Position numbers and translations under genes: made by a program. This document shows positions 1-8,002 of a stretch of 64,000 bases of DNA, one piece after another. The stretch covers positions 19,540-83,539 of the forward strand of contig JBFWRC010000012.1 in NCBI GenBank assembly GCA_050249115.1, given 5' to 3'. How positions within the stretch are numbered: position 1 is the stretch's first letter; each line of letters opens with the position of its first letter. The notes under the pieces were generated by a model that made no database searches, was not told the DNA's origin, and saw nothing but the letters and a program-made list of their open reading frames with translations. The DNA is from Beijerinckiaceae bacterium. Lineage in GTDB: Bacteria > Pseudomonadota > Alphaproteobacteria > Rhizobiales > Beijerinckiaceae.

Positions 1-174
1 GATCTGCCGCTCGGCTTCTTCCTTCGTGATGCCGTAGCGTTCCTGGATTTTGCCGGCGACCTGTTCGCGCTTGCCGTCGATCTGGTCGAGTTCGTCGTCG
101 GTCAGATCGCCCCATTGCTCTTTGACCTTGCCTTTGAATTGCTTCCAATTGCCGGAAATCTGATCCCAGTTCAT
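1..174 (-). CDS. CsbD family stress protein (3' end runs off the window)
   Basis: Hand translation gives MNWDQISGNWKQFKGKVKEQWGDLTDDELDQIDGKREQVAGKIQERYGITKEEAERQI, the typical CsbD/YjbJ pattern. GGAGG RBS upstream. Not in the ORF track because it is truncated. Confidence 0.92.
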   Translation of the reverse strand, partial: MNWDQISGNWKQFKGKVKEQWGDLTDDELDQIDGKREQVAGKIQERYGITKEEAERQI

Positions 175-270
175 GTGGGCCTCCCGTGTGTGGCTGGATG
201 TGTTGAGGTGGATGAGAGCCTTCGCCTTTGCCGGTATGCGTCGCATCTCCTGCAGCGCGCTCGCTGCATC

Positions 271-295
271 AAGGCGCGCAGGACGAAGTGGTTCC
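271..295 (-). promoter_or_regulatory. EcfG/RpoE2-type general stress response promoter of the csbD-like gene
   Basis: Minus strand reads GGAAC-N18-TT about 100 nt upstream of the ATG. CsbD genes are classic EcfG targets. Confidence 0.55.
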
Positions 296-423
296 CGTAA
301 CAGGCCATCCCGAAAGCTGCGCGGCGCGAAAAACCACCGGCGATGTGTAATTTGACAGAGTTTCCTGTCCGGCAGGTGGCGGATTATAGCTCAGATTAAG
401 TCTGGACGACCCCTGTCGCGCAC

Positions 424-452
424 TTGCGCGCGTAACCAGCCCCGATTATAAG
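424..452 (+). promoter_or_regulatory. sigma70-type promoter of rplY
   Basis: TTGCGC-N17-TATAAG. Confidence 0.55.
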
Positions 453-458
453 CGCCGC

Positions 459-499
459 TTCCCGGCCGTTTCCGACACCCCTGGAGGCGTGGCCGGGAG
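459..499 (+). promoter_or_regulatory. Structured 5' leader hairpin of rplY (candidate autoregulatory site)
   Basis: TTCCCGGCC pairs with GGCCGGGAG. Inner ACACC/GGCGT stem, asymmetric bulge and CCTGGA loop. Confidence 0.4.
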
Positions 500-522
500 T
501 TTTCATCGAAAGGACCTGAAAC

Positions 523-1161
523 ATGGCAGCAGCAGTAAAAGAGCTGGCCGCCACGGTCCGCAGCGGGACAGGCAAGGGGGCCGCCCGCAGCGTACGCCGT
601 GAAGGCCGAGTACCGGCAGTGATCTATGGTGGGGGCGAAGCGCCCGAGCCGATCAGCCTGGACTACAACACCACCAACAAGCTAATCTATGCAGGGCACT
701 TCCTGACGACGATTTTCGATCTCGATATCGGCGGCAAGAAGGTGCGGGCGATCCCGCGCGACTATCAGCTCGATGTCGTGAAGGACACGCCGATGCATGT
801 TGATTTCCTGCGCTTGACGCCGGGCTCGACCCTCCGGCTCGACATTCCGGTGCATTTCACCGGCCACGAAACCAGCGCCGCCATCAAACAGGGCGCCACG
901 CTGAACATTGTTCGCCATACCGTCGAAATGCGCGTGCCGGCCGACAACATTCCCGAAGCGATCAGCGCCGACATCACCGATCTGGGCATGGGCGATTCCC
1001 TACACATTTCTGCGATCTCGCTGCCCGAGGGCTGCCGTCCCGTGATTACCAACCGTGACTTCACGGTGGCCACGATCGTGCCGCCGAAAACGCAGGATGA
1101 ACCTGCTGCAGCCGCTTCGGCCGCGGCCGCCCCTGCCGCCAAGGCGGAAGAGAAGAAATAA
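523..1161 (+). CDS. rplY: 50S ribosomal protein L25/general stress protein Ctc
   Basis: [34 protein letters not shown] and a C-terminal Ctc domain. Confidence 0.97.
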   Translation: MAAAVKELAATVRSGTGKGAARSVRREGRVPAVIYGGGEAPEPISLDYNTTNKLIYAGHFLTTIFDLDIGGKKVRAIPRDYQLDVVKDTPMHVDFLRLTPGSTLRLDIPVHFTGHETSAAIKQGATLNIVRHTVEMRVPADNIPEAISADITDLGMGDSLHISAISLPEGCRPVITNRDFTVATIVPPKTQDEPAAAASAAAAPAAKAEEKK

Positions 1162-1180
1162 TCTTCTCCGGTTATGCTAT

Positions 1181-1213
1181 GAAACGCCCGCGCCATTCGG
1201 TGCGGGCGTTTTC
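1181..1213 (+). terminator. Intrinsic terminator after rplY
   Basis: GAAACGCCCGCGCC-attc-GGTGCGGGCGTTTT hairpin. Confidence 0.7.
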
Positions 1214-1266
1214 GTTGCACGTCGCGGATTGCGGCAGCCGGCATGGGCAACCCATTGGAGAGAACC

Positions 1267-1917
1267 ATGATGCTGTTTGTTGGCCTGGGAAATCCCGGCA
1301 GCCGTTACGCCAACAACCGCCACAACATCGGCTTCATGGCGATCGAAGCGATAGCGCGCGCTTACAGCTTCCCGTCTTTCCGGAACAAGTTCCAGGGTCT
1401 TCTCAGCGAGGGCACGATTGGCTCCGAACGTGTGGCGCTGTTGATGCCGCAAACCTTCATGAACGAAAGCGGCCGCGCTGTCGGTGAAGCCGTCCGTTTC
1501 CACAAGTTCGATCTGTCGGATATTTATGTTTTCCACGACGAACTCGACCTCGCCGAAGCAAAACTGCGGGTGAAGACGGGTGGTGGAAATGCCGGCCATA
1601 ACGGCCTGCGCTCAATCACCAGCCACATTGGTAACGATTACAAGCGCGTGCGTATCGGCATCGGGCATCCCGGCGACAAGGATCGCGTACATGGCCACGT
1701 CCTTTCCGATTTCGCCAAGGCCGACCGCCCCTGGGTCGATGCGATGATCGATTCCATTGCCCGCAACGCCGATCTGATTGCGGCGCGGAATGGCGCGGAA
1801 TTTCAAAATCGTGTCCACCGGGCAATGGAAGACGCCGGCTTCGCCGAAAAGAAGCCGCCGAAAAAGAAGGACGGCAAGGATGAACCGGGCAGCGAGAACC
1901 CGAATGCGGCGCAATAG
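1267..1917 (+). CDS. pth: Peptidyl-tRNA hydrolase
   Basis: [30 protein letters not shown] and GHNGLRS motifs. Start moved to the ATG after GGAG. Confidence 0.97.
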   Translation: MMLFVGLGNPGSRYANNRHNIGFMAIEAIARAYSFPSFRNKFQGLLSEGTIGSERVALLMPQTFMNESGRAVGEAVRFHKFDLSDIYVFHDELDLAEAKLRVKTGGGNAGHNGLRSITSHIGNDYKRVRIGIGHPGDKDRVHGHVLSDFAKADRPWVDAMIDSIARNADLIAARNGAEFQNRVHRAMEDAGFAEKKPPKKKDGKDEPGSENPNAAQ

Positions 1918-1929
1918 CGCAGAGATGGA

Positions 1930-1943
1930 TTGATCGAGATCAA
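1930..1943. promoter_or_regulatory. FNR/FixK box
   Basis: Perfect TTGAT-CGAG-ATCAA. Confidence 0.8.
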
Positions 1944-2002
1944 CGCCATCGTGTGCCCATGCGGAAAAATTCCCCCATCACTTTCGTCAGGGGGAACCGT
2001 TC

Positions 2003-2110
2003 ATGAACAGCGCAGAAACGATGTATCTTGTTCTTGCGACAGTAGCTTTTCTTGCTTTCGCAGTGTCCCTCGGCATGAACTCGGCACAATACTGGCGCGA
2101 CAATCACTGA
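2003..2110 (+). CDS. 35-aa single-pass membrane micro-protein
   Basis: MNSAETMYLVLATVAFLAFAVSLGMNSAQYWRDNH*, with a GGGGGA RBS and an FNR box upstream. Below the ORF-track length cutoff. Confidence 0.65.
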   Translation: MNSAETMYLVLATVAFLAFAVSLGMNSAQYWRDNH

Positions 2111-2145
2111 ACCGGGATTGCCGGCGCGGACAGCGCGAGCCCGTC

Positions 2146-3009
2146 TTAAAAGCCGGCGAGGTTTTCCAGCGATTTGCCCTCGGCTGCATGCTGGCTCCGG
2201 GTTGCGGCGAATGCTTCGGCAACCGGCGGCGGCAGCATCACTTCCCGGGAAAACTCCGGCCGTGCCAACAGCTTCTGGTACCATGTCCACACATTGGGGT
2301 GCAGGCGCGCGAACGGATAGGCCGCATGCTCCAGCCGGTTCGTGTAGATGAACCAGGCGATGTCGGCGACGCTCAGCGTATCGTCCAGAACATGGGCATG
2401 CGTCGCAAGTCTCGCGTCCAGATCGGAGAAAGCCTGGCGGAACCGTCCCGCGGCGCCTTTCGCCACCGCATCGGTGATGCCCTCTTTCGCGTAAGTTTGC
2501 CAAAAACCGATCTCGATGGCGCGCCGCCCGTCGTTCTGTCCGCCGACAGTCCCTGACCCCGACTTTGCAAAAACCTCGAGCGCATCGGCGCTTTTGGGCG
2601 GTCCCGGCGGATTGAACACGAACCGGAAACTGAGCGCGCGGAGATCGAGATGCATGTCGTCTTCCAGCTTCAGAAGCTTGCGCGCTTCGCCGGCCGTCTC
2701 GGCAGCAAGGAGTTTCGGCTCGGGAAACTTGCCTTCGAGATATTCGATGATGTCGTTGCTTTCGATGTAAACGTCGCCATCGTCGACCAGAACCGGCACA
2801 AGACCGCGCGGGTTGATGCCGAGGTACCAGGGCGTCAGATTCTCGTTGGCCATGAGGTCGACGGGATGCGATTCCCATTCTGCGCCCTTCAGATTGAGAA
2901 ATATCCGCAGTTTCTGCGAGCAGGACGAAAAAGGAAAATGAAAGACGTGCAGGCCTTTCCAGCCGAGCACTTCTTTCGTCAGCACATCTTGATCCGCCAG
3001 CTTGACCAT
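2146..3009 (-). CDS. Glutathione S-transferase family protein
   Basis: FSSCSQK, INPRGLVPVL, ESNDIIEYL and SVADIAW motifs. Start moved to the ATG after GGAGGGGAGG. Confidence 0.88.
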   Translation of the reverse strand: MVKLADQDVLTKEVLGWKGLHVFHFPFSSCSQKLRIFLNLKGAEWESHPVDLMANENLTPWYLGINPRGLVPVLVDDGDVYIESNDIIEYLEGKFPEPKLLAAETAGEARKLLKLEDDMHLDLRALSFRFVFNPPGPPKSADALEVFAKSGSGTVGGQNDGRRAIEIGFWQTYAKEGITDAVAKGAAGRFRQAFSDLDARLATHAHVLDDTLSVADIAWFIYTNRLEHAAYPFARLHPNVWTWYQKLLARPEFSREVMLPPPVAEAFAATRSQHAAEGKSLENLAGF

Positions 3010-3161
3010 CTTTCCTCCCCTCCGGCATCGCCGCGCCGGCCAGTTATCAGCGCCCGGCCGTTTTGTCCCGGACGCTTGCGTTTTGCACGGCATCGTTTCA
3101 TACACGCGCCAATTCCGCAACACGGTCGCGTATGCGCGCCGCAACGAGCGAACGAATATCC

Positions 3162-4259
3162 ATGGGCTTCAAGTGTGGCATTGTCGGTCTGCCGAATGTC
3201 GGCAAATCGACCCTTTTCAACGCATTGACGCAGACTGCCGCAGCGCAGGCCGCGAACTATCCGTTTTGCACCATCGAACCGAATGTCGGCGATGTGGCGG
3301 TGCCCGATCCGCGGCTCGATGCCCTGGCGCAGATCGCGTCCTCGAAGGAAATCATCCCCACGCGTCTGACCTTCGTCGATATCGCCGGACTGGTCCGCGG
3401 TGCATCCAAGGGCGAAGGCCTCGGCAACCAGTTTCTGGCCAACATCCGCGAATGCGACGCGATTGCCCATGTTGTTCGCTGTTTCGAGGATGGCGACGTC
3501 ATCCATGTCGAGGACCGGATCGACCCGCTTGCCGATATCGAAGTGATAGAGACCGAGCTGATGCTCGCCGATCTCGACAGCCTGGAACGCCGCGTCGTCA
3601 ATCTGGAAAAGCGCGCCAAGCAGAACGACAAGGAAGCCAAGGCGACCCTCGATATCGTGCAGCGCTGCCTTGTTCTTCTGCGCGACGGCAAACCGGCCCG
3701 CATGGCGGAGGTGAGCGCGGAGGAACAGCCGCTTTTCGAAACGATGGGCCTGTTGTCGTCGAAACCTGTGCTTTACGTCTGCAATGTCGAGGAAGATTCA
3801 GCCGCCGAAGGCAACGCCTTTTCGGCGAAGGTCGCAGAATACGCGAAGGCGCAGAACGCTGTCAGCGTCGTCGTATCGGCCAAGATCGAGAGCGAAATCG
3901 CCGTGCTCGCACCGGAGGAACAGAAGGATTATCTCGAGGCGGTCGGCCTTGAGGAGCCCGGCCTCAACCGCGTCATCCGCGCCGGATACTCCCTGCTCGG
4001 GCTGATCACCTATTTCACGGTCGGGCCCAAGGAAGCACGCGCCTGGACCATCGAAAACGGCACCAAGGCGCCACAAGCCGCGGGCGTTATTCACACCGAT
4101 TTCGAGAAGGGCTTCATCCGCGCCGAGACCATCGCCTATAGCGACTACGTTTCGCTCAAGGGCGAAGCCGGCGCGCGCGACGCCGGTAAAATGCGCCTCG
4201 AGGGCAAGGAGTACACGGTCGCCGATGGCGACGTGATGCACTTCCGCTTCGCCAATTGA
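3162..4259 (+). CDS. ychF: Redox-regulated ATPase YchF
   Basis: MGFKCGIVGLPNVGKSTLFNALT, ANYPFCTIEPN, DIAGLVRGASKGEGLGNQFL and a TGS domain. Confidence 0.98.
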   Translation: MGFKCGIVGLPNVGKSTLFNALTQTAAAQAANYPFCTIEPNVGDVAVPDPRLDALAQIASSKEIIPTRLTFVDIAGLVRGASKGEGLGNQFLANIRECDAIAHVVRCFEDGDVIHVEDRIDPLADIEVIETELMLADLDSLERRVVNLEKRAKQNDKEAKATLDIVQRCLVLLRDGKPARMAEVSAEEQPLFETMGLLSSKPVLYVCNVEEDSAAEGNAFSAKVAEYAKAQNAVSVVVSAKIESEIAVLAPEEQKDYLEAVGLEEPGLNRVIRAGYSLLGLITYFTVGPKEARAWTIENGTKAPQAAGVIHTDFEKGFIRAETIAYSDYVSLKGEAGARDAGKMRLEGKEYTVADGDVMHFRFAN

Positions 4260-4304
4260 CCGGCCGGCCACGGACGGTTGCGGCCGGAGAATTGCCGGAT
4301 TGGC

Positions 4305-4502
4305 TTACGACTTCTTCATCGGGCAGGTCGACAATCCAACCAGGCTATAGGCCGGGCAGGTTGCGAACAGGCCCGTGAAAAGCGGTATGATGCCGATCAG
4401 GCCCCACCAGGTCTTCGGACCGACAAAAATCAGCGCCAGCAGAACGAGGCCCACGATAATGCGCAGCGCGCGGTCGATACCGCCTACATTATTCTGAAAC
4501 AT
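4305..4502 (-). CDS. DUF2892 (YgaP-like) small membrane protein
   Basis: NVGGIDRALRIIVG ... CPAYSLVGLSTC. Confidence 0.88.
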   Translation of the reverse strand: MFQNNVGGIDRALRIIVGLVLLALIFVGPKTWWGLIGIIPLFTGLFATCPAYSLVGLSTCPMKKS

Positions 4503-4562
4503 GGCCGAAACTCCCTTTTCCCGAAGCAGTGAACAGATAAACGGTGCCAGTGTTTGGACGCA

Positions 4563-4576
4563 TTGTCTGTGATCAA
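4563..4576. promoter_or_regulatory. FNR/Crp-like box upstream of the DUF2892 gene
   Basis: Minus strand TTGAT-CACA-GACAA, one mismatch from TTGAT-N4-ATCAA, centred about 67 nt upstream of the ATG. Confidence 0.55.
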
Positions 4577-4603
4577 GTCACAGCGCAGCCACTCTAAACC
4601 GGT

Positions 4604-5272
4604 TCAGGAAATCTGCCCGATCAAGCCAAGACCGTGCCGGTCGATCACGTCGATAGCGCCGCGGCGAAGGCCGACGAGTTTCTGCCGCGCAAAAGCTTGC
4701 AACTGCCGCGTCACGACTTCGCGGGCGGACCCGATCTCGTCCGCAAGCGCCTGATGGGTGATCGCAACCGGCGATCCTGCCGGTTTCGACAACAGGGCTT
4801 TTGCAAGACGCGCATCAACGCGCACGAAGGCGATAGTCTCGAGAATCCGGGTCATGTCGGCCATGCGTTCGCCAAAGCGCGAAAACACGAACTGGCGGAA
4901 TGCCCGCGAGGAGGCGGTCAATTCGTCGAACAGACCAAGCGGCACGACAACCAGCGTGATGCCGGTTTCGGCAACGCCCTCGGCGGAATATTCCCCGCCC
5001 GCCGCGGCGCACAACGTCGTCTGGACACAGGTTTCGCCAACACCGACGCGGTAGAGCGTCAGCATGCGCCCGTTTTCGGACGTCAGCGAGACCCGTACCC
5101 GGCCATCGAGCACGAGCACGAAGCCCCGGCAAGGCGACCCCGGTGAAAAAAGCACCGTACCGGCGGGCATTTGCACGGCTGGCAAAGCTTCAAGGCGTGC
5201 GCGTTCAGCCGGCTCGATCTGCGCGAGCGGCGAATAGGCGTCGAGCCACTTGTCCCATTCGCCGCCTGTCAT
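4604..5272 (-). CDS. Crp/Fnr family transcriptional regulator
   Basis: Cyclic-nucleotide-binding-like domain and HTH (THQALADEIGSAREVVTRQL). No N-terminal FNR Cys cluster. Confidence 0.9.
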   Translation of the reverse strand: MTGGEWDKWLDAYSPLAQIEPAERARLEALPAVQMPAGTVLFSPGSPCRGFVLVLDGRVRVSLTSENGRMLTLYRVGVGETCVQTTLCAAAGGEYSAEGVAETGITLVVVPLGLFDELTASSRAFRQFVFSRFGERMADMTRILETIAFVRVDARLAKALLSKPAGSPVAITHQALADEIGSAREVVTRQLQAFARQKLVGLRRGAIDVIDRHGLGLIGQIS

Positions 5273-5296
5273 GTCCGCTCCCGAAGCGATCCGCGC

Positions 5297-5578
5297 TTAC
5301 GCTTCCCAGCGAATGCGGACGGCGCGCAAATGTTCTTCGACACGAAAGAATATCATGAACAATTCGGCCATCATACGGGCCAGGATGACGCCGAGTACGC
5401 CAAGAATAAGAGTGCCTATCAGCGTTCCCAACCCGCCGAACAGCGAAAACCGCATATAGGCGATGGCCGAACCAATGCCGCCAAGGACCGCGAAGCCGAT
5501 CAGGACGAGGTTCAAGTAATAGAAAACTTTCACCAATTGCGGCGTGACGAATTTATCCCATTGAAAAAAGCTGCCCAT
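5297..5578 (-). CDS. DUF4282 family membrane protein
   Basis: FFQWDKFVTPQLVKVFYYL ... RMMAELFMIFFR. Confidence 0.75.
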   Translation of the reverse strand: MGSFFQWDKFVTPQLVKVFYYLNLVLIGFAVLGGIGSAIAYMRFSLFGGLGTLIGTLILGVLGVILARMMAELFMIFFRVEEHLRAVRIRWEA

Positions 5579-5705
5579 GATTTCGAATTCCTTCTTGTTC
5601 TCGTTTCTCCCTGTCCGCTGGATACAACGGCCCGGGTACTATATCCAGACGGAGCCGCCCGGGCCAACCCGTAAGCGCGATTCCGTTTTTCCGCGTGGAC
5701 GAAAG

Positions 5706-6737
5706 ATGTTCCATTTCGAAGACTTTCCCGAAAACAGCGTCCACGAATACGGCGCTTTCGAAGTGACGGCAGAGGAAATCGTATCCTTTGCGCGCGAATT
5801 CGATCCGCAGCCGTTTCATCTCGACGAGGCGGCGGCGAAGGCGAGCCTGCTCGGCGGGCTTGCCACTTCGGGCTGGCAGACCGCGGCCATTTCGATGCGC
5901 CTGCATTGCCTGCATCTGTTGAAGGATGCTGCCAGCCTCGGTTCGCCGGGCATTGCGGAAATGAAATGGCTGAAGCCGGTCCTCAAAGGATACAAGGTTC
6001 GCCTGCGAACGAAAATTTCGTCGGCGCGGCGCTCGCAATCGCGCAGCGGACTGGGCGTGCTCGGTCTCGAAACGACAATGCTGAACCAGTCCGGCGAGGA
6101 ATTGATGTGGAACCGCGGCACGGTCTTCATGGCCTGCCGCGACGCGCCGCCAGACCTCACGCTCTACGATCCTTCCGCGATAGCACGCGCCCCGCAATGG
6201 ACTTCGCCGCCGGACCTCCTTTCCAGACCTGCCGATGCGGCCGACGACGATGGCGTGCTGAGCGGATGGTTCGACGATCTGAAGATCGGCCGCACACTCG
6301 ACCTCGGCGTTCACACATTCGAACCCGACAACATCATTCGCTTCGCCAGAAAATGGGATCCGCAGCTGTTTCACATCGATCCCGAAGCAGCCGCGAACGG
6401 ACCTTTCGGTGGATTGACGGCCTCGGGCTGGCACACGGGCGCAGCCGGCATGCGCCGCCACATTCTCACCCGCGACAAGTATCAGGCGGAAGCTGCCCGG
6501 CGCGGCCTTCCTGCATCGCCGCGCGGCCCCTCGCCCGGCTTTCGCGACATGAAATGGCTGGAGCCAGTCTTCGCCGGCGACACCCTCCACTATTACTCGA
6601 CGCCAGTCGAAAAGCGGAAAACGTCCCGGCCGGGATGGGGCATCCAGTTCACCCGCTTCGAGGGCGTGAACCAGCACGGCCGCAAGGCTTACGAATATCT
6701 CAGCGCGGCCCTGTGGCCGCTGAAGCCCGGCCGCTGA
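5706..6737 (+). CDS. Tandem MaoC/NodN-type hotdog dehydratase (two domains)
   Basis: Two copies of F-A-R-x-[FW]-D-P-Q-x-F-H-x-D ... G-L-x-[TA]-S-G-W-[QH]-T. Confidence 0.85.
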   Translation: MFHFEDFPENSVHEYGAFEVTAEEIVSFAREFDPQPFHLDEAAAKASLLGGLATSGWQTAAISMRLHCLHLLKDAASLGSPGIAEMKWLKPVLKGYKVRLRTKISSARRSQSRSGLGVLGLETTMLNQSGEELMWNRGTVFMACRDAPPDLTLYDPSAIARAPQWTSPPDLLSRPADAADDDGVLSGWFDDLKIGRTLDLGVHTFEPDNIIRFARKWDPQLFHIDPEAAANGPFGGLTASGWHTGAAGMRRHILTRDKYQAEAARRGLPASPRGPSPGFRDMKWLEPVFAGDTLHYYSTPVEKRKTSRPGWGIQFTRFEGVNQHGRKAYEYLSAALWPLKPGR

Positions 6738-6749
6738 AACCTCTCTTCC

Positions 6750-6774
6750 GGAACGAAACCTGCGCTTTGGCGTT
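6750..6774 (+). promoter_or_regulatory. EcfG/SigT-type promoter
   Basis: Exact GGAAC-N16-CGTT upstream of the flavodoxin-family gene. Confidence 0.7.
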
Positions 6775-6840
6775 GCCTGAACATGGCCGCCGGAGCTTAC
6801 AGGCGCGTGCAGCGCTGCGTTGCCGGACTGAAAGGTTTGC

Positions 6841-6888
6841 CAAGCAATCAGGCAAGCAATCAGGCAGGCCATCAGGCAGACAATCAGG
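6841..6888 (+). repeat. Four tandem 12-bp repeats
   Basis: CAAGCAATCAGG, CAAGCAATCAGG, CAGGCCATCAGG, CAGACAATCAGG. Confidence 0.9.
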
Positions 6889-6898
6889 ATTCCCAGAC

Positions 6899-7987
6899 AT
6901 GGCCCATCCCGCCGTCCGCAAGGGATCGCCCGACGTCAGTCTCTCGCGAGAAGAGTTTTTCCGGCGTTACCGCGACAAATTCTACGATCCCGCCTTCGAC
7001 AGCGAGAGCACGGCCATAGACCGGCTCGCGAAAATCGCCTGGGACGCTTACCGGGACGGACGCAAGGCGCCGCGCACCCGGAAAGCAGGCGAAGGATACG
7101 CTGATCCCGGCTACGATCTGTCGACCGAGTGGATCGAAGCCGCCGCAGCGATAGACGCAGCCCGCAAACGGCATATGCATGCGGACGGACCGACACGCTT
7201 GCTTGTCATTTCCGGCTCGCCGCGCAGCGACCAGACATGTCCCGGAGAAATGTCCAAGTCCTGGCGCTTGCTGCACATTGCCCGGGAGGCGCTGGGAGAT
7301 AAGGATGAGAACGGCGCGTCAATTGAAGTCAAAGTCCTCGACCTCAGCCACCTTGCATCCGAATATGGCCGTACGATCCACCCCTGCAAGGGTTGTTTTT
7401 CAACCTCCCCCGCTCTGTGCCACTTCCCATGCTCCTGCTATCCGAATCACAGTCTCGGCCAGACCGGCGACTGGATGAATGAAATCTATCCGATGTGGAT
7501 AGAAGCCCACGGTGTGATGATCGTCACGCCGGTACATTGGGATCAATCGCCCTCTGCTCTCAAACTGATGATCGACCGCCTGGTTTGCGCCGACGGCGGC
7601 AATGAAGACCCTACAACCACGCATGGAAAGGACCCCGAACGCGCCAGGGCCATGGAACCCGATTGGCGCTACCCCCGCCACCTCGCGGGCCGCGCCTACT
7701 CTTTGGTCGTACATGGCGATTCCGAAGGAATAGACGGATTACGCCACGCATTGACCGACTGGCTGGAAGCGATGGAGCTTGTCGCCGCAGAGCCGAAAGG
7801 CGTTATATCCCGTTATGTCGGCTATATGGCCCCCTATGGCGAAAGCCACGATGCACTGGATGCCGACAAGGGGCTGCAGGAAGAAGTTCGCAATGCGGCG
7901 CGCTCGCTGGTGCGCACAGTTTCGTCGATCAGGTCCGGCCAACTGCCAGTTGCGGACAAGGGGATAGTGGACCCGCGTCCGAAGTAG
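6899..7987 (+). CDS. NADPH-dependent FMN reductase / flavodoxin family protein
   Basis: LVISGSPR, HPCKGCFSTSPALCHFPCSCYPN and TPVHWDQSPSALKLMIDRLVC. The long upstream part of the track ORF is spurious. Confidence 0.85.
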   Translation: MAHPAVRKGSPDVSLSREEFFRRYRDKFYDPAFDSESTAIDRLAKIAWDAYRDGRKAPRTRKAGEGYADPGYDLSTEWIEAAAAIDAARKRHMHADGPTRLLVISGSPRSDQTCPGEMSKSWRLLHIAREALGDKDENGASIEVKVLDLSHLASEYGRTIHPCKGCFSTSPALCHFPCSCYPNHSLGQTGDWMNEIYPMWIEAHGVMIVTPVHWDQSPSALKLMIDRLVCADGGNEDPTTTHGKDPERARAMEPDWRYPRHLAGRAYSLVVHGDSEGIDGLRHALTDWLEAMELVAAEPKGVISRYVGYMAPYGESHDALDADKGLQEEVRNAARSLVRTVSSIRSGQLPVADKGIVDPRPK

Positions 7988-8002
7988 GCGGATGACCTGC
8001 CG

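Noticed and set aside
6841-6888. CRISPR-like or phage att interpretation of the 12-bp repeats
   Set aside because: The units are contiguous with no spacers, are too short, and no cas or integrase gene is present.
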